Part shown: piece by piece, positions 10,061 to 22,272 of the stretch | Layout of the letters: every line of letters begins with the position of its first letter | How positions within the stretch are numbered: position 1 is the stretch's first letter | Source of the DNA: Geosiphon pyriformis uo1 | Taxonomy: Eukaryota > Fungi > Glomeromycota | NCBI GenBank assembly: GCA_016748015.1 | Contig: JAAOMT010000742.1 | Coordinates: forward strand, 41,543-105,542 | Direction of reading: 5' to 3' | Length of the DNA: 64,000 bases | The notes under the pieces: generated by a model | What the model was told of the DNA's origin: nothing | The model's database searches: none | What the model saw: the letters and a program-made list of their open reading frames with translations, nothing else | Translations under genes and position numbers: made by a program

Positions 10061-13000
10061 ATATATAAATTTAAATAAAAATTAATTTATATAAATGTAA
10101 TTTGGTTAATAAAAATAGTTTTGTTTATTTATTAGTTTATAATTTGTTGTTAATTTTATTTAATAGTATAATATATTTATTTAATATTCTTAAAGTATAT
10201 ATTATATTTGTTTTTTTTTAATTTAGATTGTAATATATTATATAATATAGTTTTAATTGGTTTAAATAATTAATTATATGTAATTTAATTTATATTTATT
10301 TTAAAATTTTTAATTTATTATATTATATTAAATAGCAAATAGATTATATTTATTAAATAAAAAACAAAATAAAAACATAAAAATTTAATATTAATAATAA
10401 AAACAATTTGTTTTTGAAGTGATTAAAAAAAATTGGAAAAATTTTTTGCCTTGAATTTTTTAGTTATTAAAAGAAAAAATATTATAGATAATCAGAAAAT
10501 TATTTTCAATTATGATAATTTTGGAAGAGTTATTACTTTTTTAAAATTTCAAGAAATTATTATTGATTGCAAATAAAAAAATTTTGGTAACAGTAATCTT
10601 AAGAAACCAAAAAGTACATTCAAATTGAGTGATATTATCAAAAAAATTCTAATAAATGCTTTTAAAGAAACAATTGTTTTAGTTTTGTCTGAGTTCAATA
10701 ATATTGTATTAGTTAAGTAGACTGTAATAAAAGGCTGTAATAAAGTTTATTGAATTGAATCAAGCTTTTATATCTGAAATAAATAGAGAAAAATGTTTTA
10801 AAAAAACAGTATATTTATATTATGTATATTTGTTACTTCATTTTTACTTACATTATTTTGACAAACTATTTATTATTAACATGTCAAACTTTTTTTGGAA
10901 AGCTCTCTTAATGCTATATGTTTTGCTACTATTATTTATCTAAAAAAAAAAAACAGCTTTACAACCACTATTTCTTGTTAAAAACCTAGCAAAACATGTA
11001 ATAAATTTTTTATTAATAAAAATAACTGATTTTGAACAAAAAATATGAGCATTAAAAGTTTTACCACAGGTTGGTACATTCCATATTTAGTTTTTTTTAT
11101 AATCTACATTTTGTGATAATTTCACAACAAATACTATAGTATTAATATATTGCTGGTTAGAAAAGCTGGTCCAAAAAAGTAATATTATCAGGAAAAATTT
11201 CTTATAATATCAAAGGTTCCAGCTATCTTAACTATATTTCTATTTTGCTAGTAGAAAAGCTGGTTTGAAAGAACAATATTGTTTCTATCCAAGTAAAAAA
11301 TGCAGCAATAAACTGTTTTATATTTCTGAAATAATAGTATATAAAATACAAGTAAAATATAACAGAAAACAATATATTTTTTTTGTTATACAAGATTCTT
11401 ACTTTTTTTTACTAAATTTTTTGAAAAATCCAGAATTTTTTATAGATAATACTGTATTTTAACTTAATAAAATCGAAAAAAATTAAAAAGTCCAAAACAG
11501 TTACAGGTTTATTACCTATAATTACACTTAAAATTTTTTATTACTATATTTTTTTCTTAATTCTGTAATATAAAAATTACTAATAGTTAATATTTAGAGT
11601 TAAACTAAAAAATTATTAATACAAATACATTTAATTTCTTAGTTAATTTATTAATTTGTTCTATAAGATTGGCAAAACTGCATTTTATATTAATAAAACA
11701 TAATTTTATTATACTTATAATCAGTAAAAAGATTTAATATTACTTAAATTACCAGACTAAAAAAAGCATCAAAAAATATATATAAAAAATTTATCCATAA
11801 TTAAAGTTTAAAACTTGCTATTAAAAACTATTAAACAAGTAATAAAAACTATTTTTTTTACATAAATATTTATTAACTTAAACTTATTTAAATTCATTAG
11901 TAAAAAATTTTTTTTTAATAATCTGCTTACTTATTATCAATCTATAATTAAGAAAAATATAATCATATTTACTATAATTTAAACAAATTGCTAATGTTAA
12001 ATAAAACCAATAAAATATAATATTTTTTATAATAAAAACTACAATTACAGTTTTATTTCAAATTAAAACAAACAATAGTGTATTTAATACATAAATAGTT
12101 TATAGAATTATGATTTATTATGTATATTTTTTTACTTATTAAACTAATAAAATTTAAGCAGTCATGTTTATTAGAAGAATATAAAACAAAGCTTTATAAA
12201 TATTTTTAGTATTTTATGATTATTTATTAATATTAATTCCAATTATATATATAATATCTTTTCTAATTAAAATAAATTATTAAGATACCAAAAAATTAAC
12301 TTAATTCTGATTATTAAATTTTATAATAGCTTTTTATTATAACTTGATTAATTGTATTTTAATTAAATTAATAACACTATATTTAACTAACATAATATAT
12401 ATAATCTCTACTAATATTTCTACAAAAAATGCTTAGATTATTTAATCAAATTTTAAGAAAATAAAGACTTTTTTAAAATTATTTACATTAAAAAAAACAT
12501 TTTTAATAATTTTTAATTTTTTCTGAAATAATTTTTAATTATAGTTAAAAGATTAATATTCAAAGCAAAAAATTTGTGAATTAGAATATTAATTAATAAC
12601 TTTTGAGAAAAAAAAATTATTTAAAACATTATTATTATTGTTATTATCAATGTTAAAGTTAATTCACTTAAGAAGTTTTTCAAATACTTGCTTTTTTTTG
12701 CTTTTTTAAAGATTATATTAATATTTTTTTGCTCTAAATTATCATTACTTTTAAGCTAAAAACTGGTTTTTTTTTACAAAAAAGTCTTTATTTATGTCTA
12801 TACTTTTAGTTTTAATAGTGTTTTTAGTATTTAATCAACTATTTTGCTAGTTAAAAATGCATCTTAAGAAGTATTAACATTAACTGTAACAACAAATTCT
12901 TTTAAGATTTTACTTTTATGTTTTTTTTTAATTAACAAATTTGTGATTATTAAACTAATACCAGATTTTTTTGTTTTTTTATATTTAAATTGCTGTTTTT

Positions 13001-14325
13001 GTTACCAGTTTTATATTCAAACAAAATAATAAGATATAAAAAGAAACAGAAACATTTTTTTCAAAAATATTACTTTTGAGAATTTAAGATATAAAAGAAA
13101 AAAAAGTTTTTTTTGAAATTATATTTTTGGTTTTTTTTGGTTTTTTTGATTATTTAAATAGTAAAATTATTAAAAAATATATTATATTAATGATTAGTTT
13201 GTTGTTGAAATTCTAAAATTTTTTTGTTAATAAAAATTATATTAAGATTAGTCTTAATTAATTACTTAAAAGAAATTTTAAATAAGAAAAAACTTTCATT
13301 TAAAGCCAAAAAATGTGTTTTATTAATAATTAAAAGTTTTGTGTTCTCGTTATTTTAAAAGAAATATTGTATAATTGTTTCAATTTTCAAAAAAATTTTT
13401 AAGTATTAAAACTATTAAAAACAACAAAAAAAGAACTTGTTTTTTTTTACTTATTGTTCTAAATTTAATTATAAAAATATAAAAGAAAAAGATATATATT
13501 ATTATTATATTTTAAAAGTTTAAAATAAATATAAATTATTATAAAATTAATAATAAAATCAATTAAAATTTTAATTACAAATTTATTATAATTTAATTAA
13601 TATTACTTTTAAATAAACAGAAATTTTAAGAATTTTAAAATAAGCAAAAAAAAAATTATTATAATATGTATAAAGTATTGCTTTTAAATATTTAATTATA
13701 AGAATTAAATCATGTTTTTCTGATTGGAAAATATTGACAAAAAGCGAATTTTTAATAGATTTATTTTTAATTAAGATAAAAATAGGCTTTGCTAAAAACT
13801 ATGTAATAATAAATAAAATGAATATATTAAATAATAATTTAATTAATATTAATATTTTAACAATATATTTACCAATAAAAATTAAATTAAAAAATAAACT
13901 AAATTATTATATTATAAAACTATTACTATCTTAATATATTAGATTATATAATATTTTTAAATAAACAACGTAATTTCAATTAAAACCTGAAACTAAAAAT
14001 ATTGTAACTAATTTAATATTTAAACTATTAAGTAAAAATAACTTTACATTTTTTTAAAAAATCATTTTTCTTCTTTGGAAAATTGTCTTTTTTACAATCT
14101 GCTTTTTTTACAAATTGGTCTGATTTTAACCGATAAGTTAAAATAATTAGTATTGTTTGTTTTTATTTTTTTGGTCACTTGATAATTGCTTGTGATTCCA
14201 TTTTTATAGGTCACATTGAATTATTCAAACAAATATTCATCTTTTGGAAATTCAAATGTGATACACATCATGCAGCCAATAGTGATAAAACATATAGCGC
14301 GACTCCTATTCCCTTGCGATATTGA

Positions 14326-14331
14326 ACGCGT
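14326..14331. promoter_or_regulatory. MluI cell-cycle box (ACGCGT) about 40 nt upstream of the MCM3 ATG; second CGCG core at 14298-14301
   Basis: Exact ACGCGT in otherwise CpG-poor DNA, directly upstream of a replication-licensing gene. Confidence 0.55.
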
Positions 14332-14370
14332 TGTTGCTTGTTCATTCTACTTCTTTCAGTATCTGGCAAA

Positions 14371-17159
14371 ATGACCACCGCAAACTTGGAAGCGCCGCAG
14401 TTTCAAGATGCTATATTCGACGAAAAAGTTCAGTTTTTCATGCAATTTTTTGACTCTACCTTTGCTGGTGGTCATTACAAGAAAGAAATATTACGTTTAA
14501 TAGAGACCAAAGGAAAACGTTTAATCGTAGGCCTAGACCACTTGAGAGTATATAATGAAGAGAAATATAAAAATATCAAAGAGTCCCCCAATGAATGGCT
14601 TCCACCTTTTGAGAAGGCTCTTAAAGATTTTGTGATAAAAAATAGTATAGACAAAACTGGCCTCGAAGATGAGCAATATTATATAGGCTTCGAAGGTAGC
14701 TTCGGTGAACACCATTTAAATCCACGAACACTGAGAGCAGCATTTCTCGGGAAATTAGTCTGTGTAGAAGGAATTGTCACCCGATGTTCCAAAGTTCGTC
14801 CTAAACTTGTCAAGAGTGTGCATTGGTGCGAAAAAACTCACATTTTTTATTCAAAAGAATATCAAGATTCTACTGCGTTAGGTAATTTGGTCAACAGCAC
14901 TCCTATTTATCCTACCGAAGACGACAATGGTAATCCACTCACGACTTTGTTTGGATATAGTGTCTATCTTGACCATCAGATGATATCCATACAAGAAATG
15001 CCGGAACGTGCTCCTGTACGTGGAATGTCAAAGTCTTTGGATGTGATATTGGACGATGACTTGGCTGATCGTGTAAAACCTGGTGACCGTATACAACTCG
15101 CGGGTGTATATCGAACAGTTGGTAATCCGAAGCCAGGTCACATTCCTGTTTCATTCAAAACTCTCATAGTTGCAAATAACATCAGCTTACTCTTAAGCAA
15201 AGCTGGAGGCGGAATTGTAAAAACCATCGTCACACCATCAGATATTAAATCGATCGAAAAATTGAAGTCAAAGAATGGAATACTTAAAATGCTAGCAAAT
15301 GCCCTAGCCCCTTCAATCTATGGTCATGACATTATTAAAAAAGCCATTGTTCTTATGCTTTTGGGTGGTAGAGAGATAAACATGGCAAGTGGGACTCATA
15401 TAAGAGGTGACATTAATATATTAATGGTTGGTGATCCCTCTACCGCAAAATCGCAAATTTTGCGTTTTGTTCTTAATACTGCTCCGCTTGCTATTGCCAC
15501 TACTGGTCGTGGAACTTCGGGTGTTGGCTTAACTGCAGCCATAGTCAGTGATAAAGAAACAGGTGAAAGACGTCTTGAGGCTGGTGCAATGGTTCTTGCT
15601 GATCGTGGGGTAGTTTGTATTGATGAATTTGACAAAATGAACGAGATGGATCGTGTGGCCATTCACGAAGTAATGGAACAACAAACTGTCACCATTGCAA
15701 AGGCTGGGATACACACAACTCTAAATTCTCGATGCAGTGTTCTTGCCGCTGCCAATCCTGTATATGGTCAATATAACGTGCATAAACCCCCAGCACAAAA
15801 TATTGCCCTCCCTGATTCGCTTTTATCTCGGTTCGATTTGCTATTTGTGGTCACCGATGAGATTAGTGATATTAGAGACAGATCGCTTGCAGAACACGTA
15901 CTACGGATGCATCGGTACTTCCCATCCAATCTAATGGCAGGTACACCCATTAGTGATGTTCCTCCTCAAACGCTTTATATGGGTCAAAAAGAGGAAATTG
16001 AAGTTGATCATGTCTGGGAAGACTACTTCGATCCTGCAGATGGAAAGCGACGATCTAGTCGATCTAAATCGAAAAAAAAGGATTTTATCCCAAACTCGTT
16101 ACTAAAAAAGTACATTCAGTATGCCAAAACCAAAAGTCCTATTTTGAATGAGGCAGCAGCAGCTCACTGTAACAAGGTTTGGGTCGAACTTCGAAATGCT
16201 AATAGTGACGGAAGAAATGCAAAGACATTGCCTATCACTACCCGAACATTAGAAACTCTGTTTCGTCTTGCTACAGCTCATGCTAAAGCACGTTTAAGTG
16301 ACATTGTCGAAGAAGAAGATGCACAGATCGCTGAAGAGATCGTCAGATTTGCTTTATATAAAGAAGTTCTTCCTGATGAACGTAAAAAAAAGAAACAAAA
16401 GAAAAAGCGTGATGATGATGGCTTCGATTCCAATAGCGAGGATAGTGATGATGATGGTGATAATGATGGCAATGATCAACATGAAAATAACGAGGAAGGT
16501 ATTGAAAATGCAAGAGATGAAATTATTAACAAAAGAAAAGGAAAAAGGTATTTAATTAACTTAAAAGTCACTTTCGGGCTTGATCTGATTCACAATCATG
16601 CCAAACTAAATTGCTCAAAAAAAAAGACCTGTCAAGGAAAAACCCACAAGACATCGTACAATAAATGGGGTAGCATCTGGTTCTAATACCAAAGCAGCCT
16701 CACAGGTCGAATCGCCTGATTTTATGGAAACTGACGAGACCCCGGCGTTGGAAAACGAGGATCTTTCCGAGGAGCAATCCAGAGCCGCCCTTGCGAATGA
16801 TAACCAACAGGGATCTTCGTCTTCAGCAACAAGCGGGTTCTCTCTCTCTGCGAATATTATCATTTCAGTTGAGAGGTAAAAATCTCGTCAATTATTAAGA
16901 CTCCATTTATAAATACAAATCCTTATTCACTCGATTTTTAATTATAATTAGATTGAGATTATTCAAAGATAATCTTTTACGGGTAATGAATTCATCTTTT
17001 CTTGAGGGCTCAATGCGGCTTACTTCTTTGTTACCAGAGTTAAATCGCGAACTATCAGATGCTCAGCGGTTTACTGAAATTGAAGCAGAAGCTGCTTTAT
17101 CTGAAATGCAAGAGAAAAATATGATTTACTATAGCGAAGGTATAGTTTATTCGATATAG
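14371..17159 (+). CDS. MCM3: DNA replication licensing factor MCM3; exons 14371-16547, 16627-16875, 16952-17159 (877 aa)
   Basis: MCM3-type Walker A GDPSTAKSQ, TTGRGTSGVGLTAA, ETGERRLEAGAMVLADRG, Walker B CIDEFDKM, arginine finger SRFD. Two GT-AG phase-2 introns (16548-16626, 16876-16951) give a continuous frame ending in the C-terminal winged helix (EAEAALSEMQEKNMIYYSEGIVYSI*). Confidence 0.93.
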
Positions 17160-18267
17160 GTTTTCTTGTGCAATGGCAACAGACATATTATGGGAACTTT
17201 AACAAGTGCAGCAAGGGAGGGTATAAAATAATTTTGGGAGGCCAATAATTGTAGAACAATAAATATATTTACCCAATTTAAGGCTTTCGTTGAATCGGCG
17301 ATTGTGGTTAGTTTTATCCACAGGTTGGACTTTGATTACAGGGAAAATAGCCACATTCATTCAGTCGCATAATAACAGACTCGAGTTGGTTTTTCCTTTT
17401 TAAGCTTCATAAGCTTAAAAAGTTTTATCCAGCATTTACGATCTGAACTTGAAATTCTGATAAGCAATTTGTCATTACTTAAATTGTTTTCAAGTTGTAA
17501 ATTTTAATTCGATGTTTTTTGTTAATTAATTTAAAATAAATAATATAATATTTCGCTGCTATCTATGTTGTAGCAATGTTATTAATTTAAAATTAATTAA
17601 ATATTTAATAAAGTAATACTTTTGCAGTTGTTTCTATTACATTTAATTGCTAAGTTATAATCGATATAATATTCATAATAAATAATGGAAAAAATGTGAA
17701 AGCTTTATATTTACCAAGATAATCCTTAAAGTTTTCGAATTTATCTTTGATTCAATATTTTTTTCCTATAAAAATCTATTTTAAGAATGTTTCACAATTA
17801 CAATTATATTTAAAATTAAAATATTTCAGTTAGGCTAAAATTCAGTATTTTTCTTAGTTAATTTATTCAAATATAATTGTGAGAAATTTGGTACAATAAC
17901 AAAAGAATCTAATTTACATTATTTTGAATGAATGCCAGGGAAGCATATAAAAGCGATAAAAAAAGAAAAAAGTAAAGATATGGAAATAATTTTTATTTTA
18001 TCTATCCTTTAGTAACCTGGTATCTGCTAGCCTTTTGAAATAATTACATAAAATTAATTCATTGGGCTCTCAAAATTAACATGCGTGGTCGAAAATGATT
18101 AAGTCATGTGTTTTGTGCTGTAGAAGAAATTCGAATGTCATGGAATCTGCATGATCATCTGGCAACAATAATTTAGTTTAATTTCATTAGCTATATCCAG
18201 TAATAAAATACAATGAAGAAACGTTCCAACGAAAAATAGAGGTTTACCTTCTATCCCTTGAGACTAT

Positions 18268-18614
18268 TGTTAAAACAGAAAAGTACGAGAGAGTATGAAA
18301 GCTTTTTTTATTTGAAATACAAAGTGGCATGATAGGGGATCTGCGAGTTCTTCTATCACTCAAGTCTGTGAGCCAAGGAATAAGTGACGTGGTAGAGGAT
18401 CTGCGAGTTTCTCTATCATTCAAGTCTGTGAGTCGAGCCATAAAGCAAGTGTGGGGCATAGATAAACTGTGAGTTTATCTGATGTTTAAACCTGAGAGGT
18501 GACCAGCACTTGCGCCTCTAGTTTATCAAGGGAACTGCGAGCTCACCTGATGTTAAGCGTGCGAGGCAATCTGGGAAATAAAAATTCTTGAAGTACTCGT
18601 TAAGAATATTACCT
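18268..18614 (-). mobile_element. ~347-bp insertion (probable solo LTR or MITE-like element) containing a double-hairpin array
   Basis: Starts TGTTAAAAC; flanked by direct repeat ACTAT (18263-67 and 18615-19). The minus strand has AATAAA before a terminal TTAACA. Removing it rejoins a decayed reading frame. The right terminus is degenerate. Confidence 0.55.
18330..18567. repeat. Four double-hairpin units with conserved CT-G(C/T/A)G-AG loops
   Basis: Loop motifs at 18341, 18366, 18401, 18426, 18467, 18492, 18535, 18559. Example perfect stem: AGATAAACT-GTG-AGTTTATCT. Confidence 0.85.
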
Positions 18615-19829
18615 ACTATTTGATTATAGGATAATCAGCCTGATCTTAAAGAAGCCAGAGATTGGAATATAGAATGTAATGAATGCAAATCCCAGCGAAC
18701 CCTCGATTCATCTATACAGCCCGATATTTACTAACTCTGGAACAGTCAATAATGTTAAAATAGATGACAATTGAAAAAAAGAAACCAAAAGAATCAAGAG
18801 GAGGTAGGTCTTTAAAACAATTACAGCTAAAAGATGTCTTCGTCATTAATATATTTTTTATGGCATTTCTCAGTATGGAGAAACTTCTATGAAAAAACGC
18901 CGAAAATAGTATTCCTATTTATAGTGACAATTCAAATGAAACTGACTTTTCTGATTGGGATCACGAAGAAAAGATAAATAATATAAATGAAAGTGATAAC
19001 ATATGAATTAAAATTAAACTATATATAATTTATATTTTTTTTTTATCAGATTAGGACTTCATTAACAAGACCTAATACCAATATACAAGTTACTGTTCAA
19101 CAGTCAGTGCTTTTTGAGCATTCCATAATTTACTTGCAGAATCATATAAGATTAAATGTAAATAAACAGGGAATGATAATAAAAGAGAATCATGGTTCAG
19201 GATATATCCCTAATATAATCCGTATTTGGCTCATCACAACATTATTCTTAAGTTAAAATTAAAAGAATTATTAAGATAAAGAATTATTAAGATAAAAAAT
19301 TAGGCTGATTGTGTGGCATATATAACATGTGCTTTTAAATATACAGAATTTTTAAAAAGTTTATTAAAAGTTATAATAACACTTTTGTATTAAGTAATAT
19401 TCATTATTTTGTCTGTTATATTATAATACTGTCAATTGTATTTAATGAAAAATAAAATACTTAAAAAAATATTTGAATAAAAAATTAGTTAATAATATAA
19501 AACAATAACATTTAAATTTATATATAAAAACCAAAGTACCAGTATAAAAAACAACAAATTTATGTATTTATATATTATTATTAAAAAAATAATATAAATT
19601 CAATAAATATAATCAGTTTTAAAATTACAGTTGCTTAATTATATTATTATTATTAAGTCTAATTATTATTTAATATATTATGTTAAATTAAGTAATCTAA
19701 ATTAAATATAATTTATGTATTTTTTATATATGATTAGATATAAGTTGAGTCTAAACTAAATTATATTAATTTTATAGAAAAAAACTTAATTTGAAAAAAT
19801 ATTTTATATATTATAACCAAAAATTACTA

Positions 19830-20400
19830 TTAATAATTAAATATAATACACTAACAAATAACAAAAAAAAACAGAATAATATAATAATAAAAATAATAAA
19901 AAGATAATTTAACTTTAATAAATAAATTAAATTAAATTAATAAAAATTTAATATGTAAGATTAGTTTTATAAATATTTTAATTGCTATTTTTTTAAAAAA
20001 TAATAAGAAAATCTAAAAGTAGAAAAATAGTTTATATTATTAACAAAAAATAATATATTGATATAATTCTATGTTTTATATTAGCACTCTTAAAATTTAA
20101 TTTTAAGTATTAATTATATTTTTAACAAATTTTTATTTAATATATTTCACAAAAATTAACAATTATATAAATTAAAAAAAAACCAATAGAAAAACTAAAT
20201 TATTGTATAAATTTTTGCTTTAAATAATTTGAATTTTTACAGTTTTAAAAAATTTTACTTATATACTTTTAAAAAAAAATTAATAATTAAGTTAATAATA
20301 ATATTAATAATTATATTAACAACTATTTTTAAAAATAAGATAACTAATTAATAATATTAATAATTTAATACATATAATTAATTAAATTAAGCAGTTTTAT
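19830..20400 (-). mobile_element. Very decayed family E LTR relic
   Basis: Collinear with 27480-28200 (e.g. atctaaaagtagaaaaatagtttatattattaacaaaaaataatatattg vs tctaaaggtaaaaaataattcatattgtcaacaaaaaataatatact). Ends not resolved. Confidence 0.6.
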
Positions 20401-22272
20401 TTATGTTTGATTTAATATTAATTAGTTAATGCTTTTTAAAAATTATTAATAGTATTATTAAAATTTTTTATATACAAAAGAATATAAAAAATATTAAAAA
20501 TATATGTTAGTATTTTATTTGACTTTTATTTGTTTCAAAAATAACTTGAACTTAATATAATATAGATTTGATCAAATTACAATAATAATTTATAGGTATT
20601 GTATCTTATTTTTTTTAACTTAATATTTTAATTATACAATATTTGAGAGTTGTAAATTATGTTAATAAATTTTAATTTTAATATATGATTAAAGATTTTC
20701 TATTGGAATAATTAAGACTTTGTATTAATCAAAAAAATAATTCAATATTTAAAGAAATAAAAAAAGAATGTATAACTTTTAATATATAAATTAGTGTATT
20801 GTTTTCTTGAAAAAAAAACTTTTTTTTAGTTTTTTTTACACAAAGTTTTATTGTAGAAATTGTAGCCAAATTTTTATAGTATATAATTTCAATAATATGA
20901 CCAACTAAAAAAACTAAAAAACCCAAACTAATTTATAAAAAACATTTTTAAAACATATAATTAAAGCTTTTTCTAATTGTAACTGCAATACAATCTTTAT
21001 AAAACTTTTCAAAAAGTTTATGCCATACACATTTAAATTTTGTAGTTCTAAATTGTATATATGTAAATTTATTTGATTTAACAACTTATTTAAAATTTTT
21101 TACTGTTCAATTTTCATAAGTACAAACTTATTGTAAATGTTTTTTTTTATTTAATTTAAAATTAATGGCTTAAAACAAGAAATGCATAAGTGAAGTCTTT
21201 TTTAAACTAATCTATTTTAAATAATTTATATAGAAATAAATTTATTAGTATCTTTATTAAAATTCAATTATATTTGAAAAAAGTTTGACAATAGATTTTT
21301 TTATTTTTTATAATTGAATATTTAAGTTGTTTATATATATATTTATTAAGAATTTATGATCAGTTTGTTTATTTTTTAGAAAGTTTTTTTAGTTTATATG
21401 ATTTTTATATACATATTACAAAAGAATATGAATATTTAATAGTTATAAAAATTTTACTATTTATATGTTCTAATTTTTTAACAGAAATAATTTTTTCTTT
21501 TGGTATTTAAAATTTTTTTTTCAAGATATATTTGATAGAGTAAATTTTTTTACAACAAAAATATTTGATATTTTATATATATATATGATTATTATTGTGT
21601 TTTATAAAGATGCAATTTATGTTGATTTGTAAATTATAACTATAAGTAATTATAAAAAAAATTATGACTTAAATTAATAATAATATTATAATATATAATC
21701 TTTTTTTATATAATATATTAAGTATCTAATACTTTTTATACTCTTTTGTAACTATTTATCTTTTTGTTTATATTATTTAAAACTTTATTAAAAAGAGATA
21801 TTTTATTTTAAAAAATATTAATTATATCTTTTAATTTTGTATACAAAGCAAAAAAATTAAACAAACTAATAACCAAAGTAATTAAAATATTAATTAGTTA
21901 ATAATAAACTTAATTTAAAAAGCAAAAATAACCAACTTAGATTTCAAAAAGACTAAATAAAAACCAATTACAAAATTAGTAATAACCAAAAAAATAACTA
22001 AAAAAACAACAATAAAAAAATCAATAAAGTAGAAGTCTTAATATAAAATTTAAAATTAATAAAACAAGATTTAAAAACTTTAGAAAAAACTACAAATTTA
22101 AATAAAAACTTAAAAAGACATCTTATAATTTACAGCCAAATAATTTGTATTTTAATACTTAAAACAATATTAACATCCAAAAGTTTTTTATTAAATACAA
22201 TATTTTTTTGAAATATTAGTTTTAATAATAGTCATATTTAAATTTTTTTTAAATTTAATAATAATATATTGC

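Noticed and set aside
10060-14100. Genes or a defined element in the AT-rich block, including short ORFs and a ~58-bp duplication near 13030-13130
   Set aside because: Low-complexity I/K/N/F-rich ORFs and no recognisable motif; probably end-stage TE decay but not assignable.
14338-16686. 782-aa single-exon MCM3 as listed in the ORF track
   Set aside because: It starts at TTG upstream of the likely ATG (14371) and reads into intron 1; splicing supplies the conserved C-terminus.
14533-16863. Short antisense and alternate-frame ORFs over MCM3 (and similar ones over pol regions)
   Set aside because: Shadows of real coding sequence with no independent motifs.
18330-18567. CRISPR array
   Set aside because: Repeat-spacer look, but the units are non-identical, only four, in a eukaryotic context with no cas genes, and the spacers pair with each other.
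18445-18570. Hammerhead ribozyme
   Set aside because: Three-way junction and CTGATG are present, but the core reads CTGATGT rather than CTGATGA and there is no GAAA after the second stem.
20400-22270. Internal region belonging to the LTR relic at 19830
   Set aside because: Too decayed to read any domain with confidence.
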